64,000 bases of DNA from Octopus sinensis. Lineage: Eukaryota. The position numbers and the translations under genes were made by a program. The notes under the pieces were generated by a model. It made no database searches and was not told where the DNA came from. It was given only the letters and a program-made list of their open reading frames with translations. The DNA lies in assembly GCF_006345805.1 (NCBI RefSeq), contig NC_043006.1, positions 17,670,001 through 17,734,000 of the forward strand, given 5' to 3'. This document shows, piece after piece, positions 11,437 to 25,476 of the stretch (its first letter is position 1; each line of letters opens with the position of its first letter).

Positions 11437-11653
11437 CCCTTTAGCTATCAGATTACTCTCTCAAATATAATACTTATTTATTTACATTGATTTGAATTTA
11501 TTGTGCATTCTTTTGTAGCATCGAGATTTTTATTGAGTGAGTGTTTATTTTTTAAGCATTGCAGCATATGTGTGAGAGACTGGATTTGACCAGTTTGAAC
11601 ATGAAACAGATAGAATATTTTAGCCAGACATGGCTGGTTTAGGTGCTAAAAGA
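11437..11653. mobile_element. Second TTAA-flanked MITE family
   Basis: TTAA-CCCTTTAGC ... GCTAAAAGA-TTAA. Further copies near 640-1258 (SINE-interrupted), 28620-28829, 46330-46550 and 55397-55611. Confidence 0.7.
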
Positions 11654-11890
11654 TTAAACTTGTGTGAGTATCAGGGGGAAAATGGACAACGAAAGTAGAA
11701 AATTAGTGATTATTGTGTAAAGGAAATTAGCTTACTGACTTGTAAGTTTATTAGAAGAAGATAAAATAAGCCAAGAAGAGTGAAAAACTCAATTCAATCA
11801 TAGATTCAGAAACAAATCAAAATAGGAATGACTGCAATATAAACTCATATATAAAGTTTGTCCAATGTATAACTGCTTCATGAACAGATG

Positions 11891-12259
11891 ACTCTTTTAC
11901 TTGTGTCAGTCATTTGACTGCAGCCATACTGGAGCACTACCTTTAGTCGAGCAAATCGACCCCAGGACTTATTCTTTGTAAGCCTAGTACTTATTCTATC
12001 AGTCTCTTTCGCTGAACTGTTAATTTACGGGGGACGTAACACACCAGCATCAGTTGTCAAGTGATGTTAGGGGGACAAACGTGTACACATACATATATAC
12101 GACAGGCTTCTTTCAGTTTCCGTCTCCCAAATCCACTCACAAGGCTTTGGTCAGCCTGAGGCTATAATAGAAGACACTTGCCCAAGGTGCCACGCAGTGG
12201 GACTGAACCCGGAACCATGTGGTTGGTAAGCAAGCTACTTACCACACAGCCCACTCCTG
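11891..12259 (-). mobile_element. SINE family A
   Basis: Reverse complement of 735-1147. Confidence 0.9.
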
Positions 12260-12374
12260 ACTGTTAAATTAAAGATGAAATTTGAAGGCAAAATGACATC
12301 CTCTCTCCCAGAAAAAGAATAAGATCATAAAACTTTATATTCTTCACTTTTCATTATAATCAAACTATTATGGA

Positions 12375-12751
12375 CTAACAGTATCGCCCAGTGTTGCTCG
12401 GGTTTGTTTCAATCCTTTAGAATTGGAATTTTTGAAAAGTAAAAAGTTTGCATTATGTAGCTTGTTATTCTCTTTAAGTGAACATTTTTCTGGTTGAAAT
12501 ACACTGAAAAATGGTGACACAGCAGTAAAAAAATCGTAAAAAATAGGGATGTTCATAGAAAAGAAAAGCACTTTTTTGATGTAAATAATTTTTGGTGTTA
12601 ACATGGTCCGACTTGAAATTTTTCTTCTACGGAATGAAGAGCAAGCCTTCTTCTATCATACACTCAATTTTGGTCAACTTGTGCCGCAGGGTCTCGGAGG
12701 AGATAGTGTTAGTTGAAGGCTACCAAACCTGCCACACACAGACAACTTCAG

Positions 12752-12786
<35 letters not shown>
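12375..12786 (-). mobile_element. Non-autonomous Helitron
   Basis: ctaacagtatcgcccagtgttgctcggg terminus, and tataga|t (minus-strand TC start) at 12786. Confidence 0.75.
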
Positions 12787-13153
12787 TTGATCGTTACCAT
12801 CACAAGCTTGCTTTCATTCTAGATATTAATTCACTTCGTTATTTATAAATTCATCATTGGTTATTATATAGATCGAGACAGCAATGAATGCAGTGTAGGA
12901 AATTCCTATCAACACCAAAAGATTTTCACTTTCTACTTTTTGATATATATCAATTAATAAATAAATGATAAAAGAACAAGATTCACATAATCACCTTCAT
13001 TAGTGTACAACAGTTTTGGCTCTAAGGAACTTAGTTGCAAGAGTAGAATGCCAGTGCCACGTCTGGTAGCTTCATGATGAAGCCTTAACCAGAAGGTTAC
13101 GTGCTATTGAAGAAAGCATATAGCAATATAATACACGTGCAAACAATTCACTG

Positions 13154-13273
13154 ACAGATGATTCACCGATAGTCAATTCGCCAATTGCACAGTTGACTGA
13201 CTGGACTATAAGTCGATATGCAGAAGTATTGATCATGGAGTATCTGTAAGTTGTCTGTCGACGAATTATCCGT
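13154..13273. mobile_element. Old short MITE-like element
   Basis: Imperfect 21-bp TIRs acagatgattcaccgatagtc / gtctgtcgacgaattatccgt (15/21 matches). Confidence 0.35.
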
Positions 13274-13601
13274 CTACCATATGATATGCAATATAATATG
13301 CTTAGACAGATATAAATATAGGTATCTGAGACATGCATAGTGAAACACAGACACACACACATACATATACTGAGTGCAACAGAAAAATATTCCATACTTT
13401 ATATGGCTTTTGACGTGGTGCTAGTGAAGTTAGGCTAGTAGTAATGGTGCTTTCTTGTAGCTAACGTTTTTTCCGGTTACCATCATGGTTCAGAGCATTG
13501 CACAATGTGTGTCTGCTGTTGAAACATTTATCAAGAATGGCGAATGGGAGGGTTACTTCAGCACCCTGTATTACACACACACACACGCACATAAATGTGC
13601 A

Positions 13602-13631
<30 letters not shown>

Positions 13632-13634
<3 letters not shown>

Positions 13635-14095
13635 CATCATCATCGTTTAATGTCTGCTTTCCATGCTGGCATGGGTTGGACGGTTTGACTGGGACTGGTG
13701 AACCAGATGGCTGTACCAGACTCCAATCTGATCTGGCAGAGTTTCTACAGCTGGATGCCCTTCCTAACATCAACCACTCCGAGAGTGTAGTAGGTGCTTT
13801 TAAGTGCCATCAGTACAAGGGCCAGTCAGGTGGTACTGGCAATGGCCACGCCCAAATGGTGTTTTTTTACATGTCTCCTGCACAGGAGCCAGTCCAGCAG
13901 CACTGGCAACGACCTCACTCGAATGTTGTTTTTCACATGCCATGGTAACGTTCATGCATGAATGGTGCTTTTTATGTGCCACCGGCATGGTGGCCAGTCA
14001 GTGGCCCTGGCAACAATCATGCTTGGATGGTGCTGTTAGCGCTCCACTAGCACAGATGCTAGTCATGTGGTGCTGTCATTGAAATTGATTTCGAT
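13632..14095 (-). mobile_element. Family C
   Basis: Reverse similarity to 29030-29485. Confidence 0.85.
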
Positions 14096-16275
14096 TTCAT
14101 ATATAGTTAGATATTTATACACTGTGTTTGTGTGTGTGTGTGTGTGAGTGTATTATAGCACATGGAGGGATATAAAATCCAGGCAGATACCAAATTCCTC
14201 TGATTAAAATGCCAAAGCTGGTCCTTTCCAATGGTGCGCTTTTTGGTAATCTATCTTTAGCTCTCATCTGATGTTCCAGTTATTTCTTGGCTACTTAATG
14301 AACAATAATGCCGTTGGTGCAATCGAAACACGTGCTGGACTATTATACGAACTGGAAATAAACTTAGTTTGAATGTTCTAATTCTTCATTCTTATTTTTA
14401 ATATACATACATACATAAATACATAAATTTTAACCTAGGTTATGTTGACATACTTATAAACAAATATGTTTGTAATCTGCTTTGTCATAATCCCTCTTAA
14501 TAGCGGAAAGAGTTATACCTTTCAGCACTTTAATAGAACCTCTTTAAACTTGGTTATGAAATATATACTTCAGCTAAGTTTGAAAAGAAAAGTTACATTT
14601 TGAAATGTTCTTTCCTCAAATCAGATTCAATGGCACTTTTTTTTGATGAAGAACTCAATTTGTCGTTTGTTTTTCCTTGTTAAAATTGATTTATTTTATA
14701 TCAGAAGTTGCCTTGAACTTAGTCCATTTTAGTCTTATAAAAACTGTTTCTTTTTCTTAATTTTTTTTTTTTTTATGGTTTTACTCCTCTTTTATATATT
14801 ATCATCGATCTCAGATGAAAGCTATTCAATATATTGATTTGTGCTATAAGGTTTTAAAATATTTGCTTTCCATATAAGCTACTTCAGAGTTATCATTTAT
14901 AAATGAGAAATCAGCATCACCCATTGTTGAATGCTAATACTTGTACTCAGGCAGTGTTAATGTGTCTGCATAGCAAAGCTGTGTTTTTGATTTTTCTCTC
15001 TTTTTTTTTGTGCGTTGTTTTTATACTTAATCCGAACATACTCCAGTTCATTTGTCTAGCTACCATCTACTACAAGTTCATACAGTGTCTGCTCTTGCCA
15101 ATGTCCTTATTAACGCAATCAATTCTCTGGTGCACACCACCAGTAATTAGTGACATTAACAATGCCCAGTCAGTAGGTCAGAGTTCTTAAATACTGATCA
15201 GAAGAAAAATTAGTGATTATATTTCTAACATGTTAATCAGCAATTTTTATGCGACAAGTTCTACTTTGTATGCTTTATTAATTTCAGTATTAATCCTTTT
15301 GTTACCATATTTCTGTTGGAAATTGACAGTCTTTGTTTAAATTATTTTTGAAAATAATGAATTTATTAAAATAACTTTCTCATTATTAAACTGGTGTCTG
15401 GAATATTAATTAGCATGAAATTTTGATGGAAAGTTTAAATTTAGATCACTTTAAAACAGTGAATTTCTTTCATAGACTTTAGAGTAGTCCCAGACAGGCT
15501 GGTATCAAATGGGTTAAGAATATTCATTTCTTAATGATCAGTGTCCAGAGATATGTTTTCAGATAAGTGAATAATTCTCAATTTGTAGGAAAGGTATGGT
15601 TATAGCATTTGTTTTTGTTTTGTTTCTTTGTTTTTTATTTCTTTTCTTTTCTTTTCTTTGACTGATGATAGCTTTACTGTCACTTCCACTATATCAAATG
15701 CCAAATCACAAAGAATTACCACTTGTCAATTTAACTTAGAATTTAAGCCATTGAAGGTTAAAGAGCTAGAAGATTCATATCAATGAACATTGTACTGTTA
15801 AAGAACTTTTAACCCTTTTGATACCAATCTGTCTGAAATTGCCCTTGGTTTTATGATGCAAACTTTCGTTTTTAAACTGATCTAGGTGAAAGGGGTTTCC
15901 ATCAAAATTTCATGTTAATTTTATGTTCCAAATGTCAGCTTCATATTGAAAAAATTCTTTCACTAAATTCTGCATTATTTTCAAAATTAATTGAAACAAT
16001 AAAGTATTTCAACAAGAAACATGTGAATAAAAGAGGCTTGTACTTAATTTTAAAAGAATAATGACAGTTGATATTTATGTATTCCTTCTTATAGCTGAAA
16101 CAGCTGTAATGTAATGAAGTTCATAACATAATTTCTTGTTCCCCTGCCATGCATATAATCTCTTATTACACTCTGGACTCAACTAACACTTCCCTCTGAA
16201 GCATATGTATATTAGTATACATAATATGTATACTGTTTATATTAGTCAGACTGGTGCCATTTTGATTACTGTCTT

Positions 16276-16317
16276 CACTATGTTTTGGCTGTTGTATGTT
16301 CCAGCCTTCTTCAGATG
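16276..16317 (-). ncRNA. Decayed hammerhead motif in a relative of the 5.7-kb element
   Basis: Minus strand: CAT-CTGAAGA-A-GGCTG(gaacatacaa)CAGCC-AAAA-CAT-A-GTG. GAAA and ACGT altered by CpG-type changes. Upstream shares aggcagtg and aggtt(c/t)gaaatt with the 5.9-kb copy. Confidence 0.5.
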
Positions 16318-16401
16318 TTTTATGTTGAACTCAGTTGTTGTATTGGAATTTCAAACCTAACCCTTTATTTGATCCATGGAGATACACTGCCTAAATGAAG
16401 T

Positions 16402-16447
<46 letters not shown>

Positions 16448-17329
16448 CTATATATCAGGCACAAATGTCAAATGTGGTTAAGAGGTTTCCTTCCCAACCA
16501 CATAGTTTAGATTCACTCCCAATGTGTGGTACTTTGGGTAAGTGTCTTCTACTATAACCCTGGGGCTCTTCCTTATCTTGACATCATGTGATTGTTATTA
16601 GTGAATGCCATTCATGTAAGCAGTGTCATTCATTTCCAATATTTTACAAAAACATGTAAACATGTTTGGCTATTGGTAGATATCTTGCTTAGAAATAGGT
16701 GAGGGCTAGCAACAGGAAGGGCATCCCACCATAGAAAATGTGCCTCAGTAAACTCTGTTTGACCATGGACACATGGAAAGTTAGACCATTATAGCAATAG
16801 TGATGATAATTGCGTGTGTGCTACAATTTCCAAAGGACTCTTAGTTTTCAAATTCAAAATACGGACATCATTGCTAAAACTGTATTCTGCAGGAGAAATG
16901 GGAAGTGACAAACTAAGATCAGAAATCTCCAAAGAAAATGTACCAACTTTGGAAACTATAATTTCAAACATGTATATATGCTAAGCAATTTGACCGTTTT
17001 GGGATTAGAAAAGAATATGCAAGATGCATTGAAGTGGGTTTTCATGTAATTCTTGCTATGCAGCATTAAATCTATTTTCCTGTAAGGATATTGAATTTTT
17101 GAATTTTTTATATCCATATTTTTGTTAGTTTTCCCTACACTCAATAATTGGAGAAACTCTAAAAGCCATTCCATGCAATTACATAACATCAAGAGTTATA
17201 ACCTGTGAACTTTGGACATAAAATTAGACTTTGTGCAATATAAAAGGAAATGTTAGAACATGTAATATGAAGGTTAAGCAACTAAGTGACACTCTTCAAG
17301 TTAAGAATAAAATTTTATTGACTTTTCAG

Positions 17330-17383
17330 TGTCTGTTCACTGTATTTTAATTTTCTTATATTTTTCAACTGATGTCTTATAAG
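17330..17383 (+). CDS. Candidate small exon with 5'UTR plus MSYK (ATG at 17372)
   Basis: Acceptor ttgacttttc-AG at 17328-29 and consensus donor AAG|GTGAGT at 17384. ATG TCT TAT AAG ends in phase 0. Confidence 0.35.
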
Positions 17384-19446
17384 GTGAGTATCACCAACAT
17401 CATAATCGTTTTACATCTTATTTTCTCTGCTAAAATGAATTGAATGTGTTGTCATGGTCCAAGACAGCTCTTCTTCAGAGATACTGCTGACCTAGATGGG
17501 TCTAAGGCCCACATTTTGCTGGTATATTACATTTTTGGCATGGTTTCTATAGTTGGATGTCCTTTTTAATGCCAACCAGTTTACCCAGTGTGCTGGGTGC
17601 ATTTTATCATGGCGCAAGTTCTTGGAAGATTGCCATTTCCTCAATAAGTCTAAAAGGTTTTTTTGACTTGACATGTCTGCTAATTCACCAGCCACTTTAT
17701 AGAATGTCCTGGGTGAATTTACAGCAGCACCAGTAATAGAGGGGATGTCTCATACTATGAAGATTAGAAAGTCTTTACCACTCCATAAAGTTCATTCAAG
17801 ACTGTGCAGTTGAGGAAATGTCTCTAATGACAGGAGAAAAACCATGTTGGTTGGAAGAAGGGGGAAAGAGTATAATGGTCAAAACAGTAATTTGGACGAG
17901 AGAGTGGTTGTCATAATTTCAGTAAGATAGTTTGCTGTAATTGTTATATCTTCAGCTCATATTCAAACTATAATTATGTTACATTCAAAAATAACTAATT
18001 CAGTATGCACTAACATAGGGAAATAATTTTCAGCTTTGAAATGTATCTCCATGGATCACAGTGTATCTCTGAGTGGTACATTGTGTTCTTGGGCAAAATA
18101 CTTCATTTCACATTGCTCCAATCCACTCAACAGTAAATGGGTAACCCTGTGACAGACTAGCCTTCTGATCACAGGGAGTGTTGGCCTGCTCTCCAAGCTA
18201 GTGGGCTGGCATCATTCAAAAGCTAAAAAATTAAAGCGCATTGTGACTAGCAATGTATAACAATATCCTATAATCTGGTTGATCACGTGATATACTTATC
18301 TCGCAAATGAATCCACTGCATTAAAACTGTGATTATCTATCAAATACAGTTTGATTGGGTTGGTCATGAATACAACACAACATTTTCAGCTTGCTTAGAT
18401 TATTTAGATGTGTTTTATATAAGATATTTTTAGTACAATTGTACTTAGATTACATTATTGGAGAGCATAAGATAGAACTAGGTAGTAACTTTGCAGGGTT
18501 TTTAGTTTTTTTTTGTTTTGTTTTTATGTCTATAGGAAAATTTCAAAGTTTTTTACTAAAGCATGTATCACAAATAATTTTACTAAAATAAGCTGCTAAA
18601 ATCTGATAATCTGGTATTTAAACTGATGGAAAACAAAACTCAGGGTCATTTATAATAGTTCAGGAAAACCAAAATTTTTGACTTCTTTTGTCATTTTTGA
18701 CATTTTTGACTTCAAAATGCAAATTTTGTTCTAGCTTGGGCCTTAGAGTTTTTGCTTAGGAGGGTTAAAACAATATGAAGGAAGTTAATTTGAGTATCTA
18801 TGAGTTCTTTTTTTTTCTGTTTGTTATATGTAGAGTATTTGCAGTTATCTATAATGATATAATCTTTGTATTTAAGGACTTTGTACTAAATACTTTAGAT
18901 TATGTATAATAATATCATCTAAAAGGAGCTATATCATTCTTTTATAATGAGATTATATTAGATTTGTAAGGGCAATGTGGTCAAATAATCAAGAAATCCA
19001 GGGTTCACAATCATGAAGTCCAGGGTTCAATTTCATTCCATGATATCTTAGACAAATGTCATTTTCTATAGCTTTAGGTTGCCCCATGCTTTGTGAATAA
19101 ATTGGCTTTATGGAAACTGTATAGAAGCCCAGAATTGGATTGTACCTATAATTTGAAAGATACAGCCTTGTCATACTCATACTGGGTCACACTGATTTTG
19201 CCTGAGAATCACTTCAAGGGTATGCATGTTTGAGGAATGCTTAACCACTTAGATATTCATTCAAGAACAGACAATTCAGTTGATTGGACAACTAAATCCT
19301 TGTCATCTAATGACGGAGATCCACCACTGCCATATTAGATTTAAAACAGACTTTAAAATAAATTTGGGTTAAAATTAGGATTCATAAGAAAAAGCATTGT
19401 AATAAATTTTCCTACTTTTCTTAAAATTTGTTCTGCTTTTCTTTTA

Positions 19447-19481
<35 letters not shown>

Positions 19482-22324
19482 TGGTATTTGGTGTGAACCT
19501 CATCAATGTCTTCAGATGTTTAGCAATATCATTTAAGCTTAATTTGTTGTGGCTGAGAGCATTAGTTGGTCAGGCACATGAATTAAAATTACAAACCATT
19601 TTTTTTTTTTTAATGATTTGATGATGTGTTTCATGTCTAAGAATTATTATGGTGGGTAGTCTCAGTAATTGTGGAGGTAAACTTAGTAGTTTTAATTAGG
19701 TACACTTTTCTACACTCTGCTTTGCTTCGTTTCAACATTGTGTTTATAATTACAATGCTAGAACTAAGAAATGAATATCTACTACCATTATATGAACAAA
19801 GAGAAAACACTAAAGAACTGAGAGTAAAGCTTATTATATGCTAATTTTCATTTCTACTTTATTAGCCTTATAAATAATGTTAATTTGTGTGCAATAGCTA
19901 TCGCTATAGTGCATTGTGACAGACAGAATTGTATGAATACAGAGCTCAAAAATGGATGGTTGATGGAAATTAGATGGATGTCGTTGTTTAACCCCAGGAT
20001 GGTTCTGAGTGAGCAGTCTTGTCACCAAAGACATTCTTGTGTGTATCATGTTTTTAGGAAAAAAGAAAAGGAGAGAGAGAGATGGGATGGTGTCCAGGAT
20101 TATGTGAGCCAATATGTTCTTGTCTAACGTAATGTGATTTGACGGATATTCAACTGCTATTTCTTGTGAGTGACTCATTGACTCATGGAAATTAGGTTGG
20201 TAGCTTTGCTAGTTATAATAGTTTTGTGTGGAGGTATGAAATTTAGAATATTTAGGATGGGTGTAAATTGGTGTGAAATTTATGACTTGTCTCAATTACA
20301 TTTGTATTAATATTCAAAATTAAATTTTAGTAGAATGAAAAGCTGCCCTGCTGGTATTATTGCAATAGTCTTAACTCCCGAAGAATTGTGTTGATGTATA
20401 TTTTCACTGTGATGGTAGAATAGCTAGAGCTTCAAGGAAGAATGCTTTGTGGTATTGTGTCTGTTTCTTTACATTCTGAGTTCAAATCCTGCTATGGTTT
20501 AACTTATCCTTTCATCCATTTGCAGTTAAATGCTAGAGTCGATGGTTGCAACCAAATCCCTTCCCATGAAACTGTTGGCTTAGTGCTTAAATCACAAAAC
20601 AATTATTACCATTTAAGGAATAAGCTCATTATGATTTACATGTTTGTGTTTATATATTTGTGGCAACACATATACATCATTATCATCCTTATTTTAACAT
20701 CTCCTTTTCCATGCTTGCATGGATCAGACAGAATTCATTTAAGAAATTTTTTTCTGTATGATGCCTTCTTTGTCATCAACCCTCACTTGTTTTTAAGTAA
20801 GGTAAATATTCTTCCATGAGCAGACATGTTTTTACAAAAAAATTGAAATGGCAGACACTGCTTGTATGAGGAGGGTCCTTGTTTGCAACTATCATACATA
20901 CAGTGTCAAGACAGAGAGGCACACATAAACACACACACACAAACTCTCATGTGCACACACACACACACAATGGGCTTCTTTCAGTTTCTGTCTACCAAAT
21001 CCACTCACAAGTCCTAGGGTGGTTTGTGGGGTTGTAATAGTTGCTACTTGCCAATGAAATTGAACCTGAAACCTTTTATTTGGGAAGCACACACAGCCAA
21101 TGTTGCACCTACATATGCTTACATGCACACACACACGTTCCTAATTCCTCAAGTAAATACATTGAAAATTCTAAGGTGTTTCATAAAATCATTTGTTTAT
21201 TGTCAGTCTTCTAAGTTTTGATAGCTGTCCAGTTGGCTATTATAATGCTACTCCTATGGACATATGCTCTAATTGTACTTTAAGTACATTTCTCTTTTTC
21301 TTTTTCATGTGTTTTTAATTTTTTTTTTGTTTTTCTTAGTTTGTAGGTTTTTTTTTTTTTTTTTTTTTACTTTGTCATTGTTTTTCCTCTTCATACATTT
21401 ATTTTCCATTTATTTCCCTGTAATTTTATTTTAACATTAGTTCCACTACTACTACTATTATTATTATTTTATTATTCTTTTTGCCAACTTAAAAAAAAAA
21501 CTGACATATATTCAAATACATATTCAAACACTGCAGGCATACTTTGACATAAACACATAAATACACACATTCTTATACCCCTGTGTGGCACATGCTACAC
21601 ACATACGCGCACACACACACACACACACACCACACACACACTCAAACTGAAGAACAAGCTGGCTAACACAATCAATGCCTCTACAAGCTGTACATTTTTT
21701 TCTTAGGAACATTAGTTCCATCACACATCTGAACATTTTTCCATTTGTCCTGATATCAACTGTAAGTTAAGGTTTTCTTTGAACTTTTCCTTTGGATTAA
21801 TTGGACAGCCTTATATTCTACCTTTTATCATTTAGCCAACTTCTTTTTTAAAATTTCTATTCATTTTTGTTTACTTAATATATCTCTTACCATATCTCTC
21901 ATTCTTCATTTGTTTCGTTAAGTCAAATTATGTATTTGTTTCTGTTGTTTTAAATTCCAACATATACTCATGGTTTATTCCTAAATTTCTATACACCATC
22001 TCTTTGTACTTTTTTTTACATTTCTAATTTGAGTTTCTTTCTCTAAAAACGGCTTTTTTTTTTTTTTTTTTTTCTACTACTTTTGATCTATTCCAACATG
22101 GACATTTATGGTGCAAGATTTTTAGTTGAATACCATTTCTCATCATGGTGTGTGTCTTCACAAGCTTTCTTTCCGATAGGCTTTCCTATTTGATAATGAA
22201 ATTCTGTACAGTTGTATTGTTTGAAATTAATAAATGTGAAATATGAAACCCATAGTCATTTAAAAAATATGAAATTTCAAACTCTTAGTCATGTATATAA
22301 TATGCAATATTAATACAAATCATA

Positions 22325-22327
<3 letters not shown>

Positions 22328-22414
<87 letters not shown>
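22328..22414. repeat. (TA)n microsatellite
   Basis: Direct reading. Similar tracts at 25349-25472 and 55839-55960 (CA/CACGTT). Confidence 0.98.
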
Positions 22415-22419
<5 letters not shown>

Positions 22420-23116
22420 TTGTACTTGCTTCTGTATTAGTTTTCCTGATTTTAGTCAAACATTGTTTGTTTATTGTTCTAATTTTTCAGAATACTTCTC
22501 CCCCACCACCCCTATCACCACCAACACCACCACTATACTATCTCTCTCTTTTGTTCCTCTACCTCTTATTCTTCTTCCTTCTCCTCTCTGCTCCTCCTTT
22601 CTCTTCTCAGTTTGAAATTCCTTTTGCTATTCTTAGGAATGGAAAAAGAACTAATACCTCTTCCTGACCAGTTGGCATGTATTGATTGAACACAGAACAA
22701 TTTGCAAAAACAATGACCCCTAAGAAAACACCTATTGTTCTTAGATTTTCTCTAATGGTCAACAAGAATTCTTTTCACATAGGACATTTTATTTTGTGAT
22801 CTAGAACTTGGATGAAAATGAAACTGCCTCTGCTATCGTTGTTTGCTCTTTCTGCAAGTTAAAATCTTCAAGACCTCAATGTTTCCTATTTCTGTCTGTC
22901 AACTTTATATGGATGATTGGTTTGGAACAAACTTAGTGAATGTCCTTTATGTGTCAATGAGAAATAACATTATAGGAATAATATTACCAAAATAATTCTA
23001 ACTAAACATGTAGCACATCCATTTCAAGATTATTTACTCACATGTTATAGTGATTAATTGGGGGGGGAAAACAAACGAGGGGAACCAATCCACACGGAGA
23101 TCTCTTTGTTATTACA

Positions 23117-23248
23117 ATGGTGAGAGATAGACGGATTTATATAAAAGAACCTATCCCAACTGTGAGCTTGAATGTGGATTTTAACTGGAAGAAGAAAGCT
23201 GAAGTGAAGTTAGGGATATGGCGAACATCAAAACGGCAATATTTAGAG
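23117..23248 (+). CDS. Candidate alternative first coding exon of the TRPM gene (44 codons)
   Basis: acaATGg start context, 132 nt open frame MVRDRRIYIKEPIPTVSLNVDFNWKKKAEVKLGIWRTSKRQYLE ending exactly at GAG|GTATGG in phase 0, compatible with 49793. Non-repetitive sequence. No transcript evidence. Confidence 0.55.
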
Positions 23249-23779
23249 GTATGGACAATGTGACCTTTATATAACAGCACATGCATGCACATAGATTTAT
23301 TTCAAATGTGCACAAAAGTAAAAAAAAAAATTTTTTTAAATAATTACCACACTATTAAAGAAAGTAAATCTGTTTTGCAAAATCAGAGTGAAATAGAGTG
23401 CATGTGTGTGTATATGTTTGTATGTCTGTATATATGCTCACTTACACACACTAAAATACAGAAGCACATGAGTTTAATGCATACTTTTACACTAGTGTGC
23501 ATGTTCAGTTCGTATCTTGAAATTAATTCCCTTTTTCTTCTCTTATTTTTTTTAATGCATATTTTCTCCAATTTTTTTTTTATGGCAGCTTTCTTAATAT
23601 TTCACTTCTTACCATGATGGAATATATAGGCATGCATTTATTTAATTATATATGATTATCTTAGTTTTGATCCAATATTGTTTCATTTATGATAAATAAA
23701 ATGTATCCAAAATAAACCAAAATCTGATTCCTCTCTCTTGAAGAATCCTGCAATATATTACCCTTATAAATTGTACTTT

Positions 23780-23957
23780 ATATATATAGGTATGTGTATG
23801 TGTTTACATACACCTATATATATAGGTGCATGTATATATATATATATATAGGTGCATGTATATATATATATATATATATAGGTGTATTTATGTATATATA
23901 TATATATATAGGTGTATTTATGTATGTATATATATATGGGTGTGTGTGTGTATATGT

Positions 23958-23988
<31 letters not shown>

Positions 23989-24006
23989 GGTGTATGTGTA
24001 TATATA

Positions 24007-24047
<41 letters not shown>

Positions 24048-24060
24048 ACATGCATATACA
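23780..24060. repeat. Compound (TA)n microsatellite with recurring ataggtg(c/t)a punctuation
   Basis: Direct reading. Confidence 0.95.
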
Positions 24061-24747
24061 TATTTATTATATAAGCCATAAGATAAATGTGTTATTCAGT
24101 TTATGCATTCAATTTTTTTTTCTTTTTCTTACATAATATTGTTTTTTTTTAGTTACCCACTGACAGTATTCACACATACACACACAGTGTTGTGCATATA
24201 CCTTGCACAGCATTTTCTATTAATATTGAAGCTTGTTGTTTTATCGCACAGCAAAAGTGAGAAAAATTATTGAACATCACAAGGCATTTGCACTAAATAT
24301 TCCAGATAGCAATATTTCCTCATCCCAATTTAGATTAATCTGCTCGCTTTCGTTACGCAACATAATATAAACACGCACGCACTTTTGCATACATTTATTC
24401 ATGCTATTTGCATACAGGTGCTAATAAATAAAATAGTGCGCATATCCAAACACCATTTTTTTTTTTTTTCAAACAAAGCTTGAAATGTTTTCAATAAAAC
24501 GTGAGGAGAAACTAATTGATAAAATTTTGTAAATAATGAAAATAGTGATTTTGTTTTGAAGACTCAGTTTTTTTGTGTTTCTCTGAATAAATCTGTCTCA
24601 CATGCTTAACTAATATTGAACTTTAGCTAATAATTTATTATCTGTACTTGATTGTCGGAACTGTAAAAATAATGTATTTCTTTGGTATTTATGGCTAATT
24701 CACTATTGGTTCCCTCCTTGCAACACACATATATTTATAGACACCAC

Positions 24748-25090
24748 ACATGGCTGTGTGGTAAGAAGTTTGCATTCCAACCACATGGTTCTGGGTTCAA
24801 TCTCTCTGCATGACACCTTGGGCAAATATCTACTACTACAGTTTTGGGCTGGCTAAATCCTTTCAAGTGGATTCGGTAGACAGAAACTTAAAGAACCTTG
24901 TCACACACACACCCACCATTTGACAACCAGTGTTGGTGTGTTTACATCCCCATAAGCTAGGGGTTCAGCAAAAGAGTTCGATAGAATAAGTTCCAGGCTC
25001 AAAAAAAGTACTGGGATTGATTCATTTGACTAAAAATCCTTTCAAGGCGATGCCCCAGCATGATTTCAGTCTAATGACTGAAACAAGTAT
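24748..25090 (+). mobile_element. SINE family A, diverged
   Basis: Similarity to family A head, body and tail. Confidence 0.8.
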
Positions 25091-25365
25091 ACATACACAC
25101 GTACAAACAAGTATACATACATACATACACACATACACACACACACACATATATATATATACCTTCAAAATGTGGAGTAGACGAAACAGGGACAACTGAA
25201 GAAGGGGAATATTCCTTGTGTTGTATGTCTTGTAACCTGTTTTTTCATTGACCCCAGCAGAAATTAATCTTAGAACATAAAGATGGATGAAATGCCACTA
25301 AGCATTTTGTTTGGTATGCTAATAATCCATCTAGCTCACCTCCTTAGCGGTGTTACTATATATAT

Positions 25366-25476
<111 letters not shown>

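Noticed and set aside
14231-14245. MVRFL|GTAATC (and MT|GTAAGG at 30001-30006) as further first exons
   Set aside because: Very short with modest donors; expected by chance in this much sequence.
14903-15190. 95-aa hydrophobic ORF (also 6245-6562, 20442-20819, 26413-26757)
   Set aside because: T-rich low-complexity bias, no known motifs and no supporting splice structure.
16898-16984. ORF MGSDKLRSEISKENVPTLETIISNMYIC as a first exon
   Set aside because: No credible phase-0 donor before the stop and no recognisable homology.
19485-19520. Minus-strand aaacatCTGAAGA...cacc similar to the 16.3-kb motif
   Set aside because: Stem II, GAAA and stem III are all disrupted; too decayed to support.
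25190-25240. CTGAAGA-AGGGGAATATTCC hammerhead-like start
   Set aside because: No GAAA or stem III follows.
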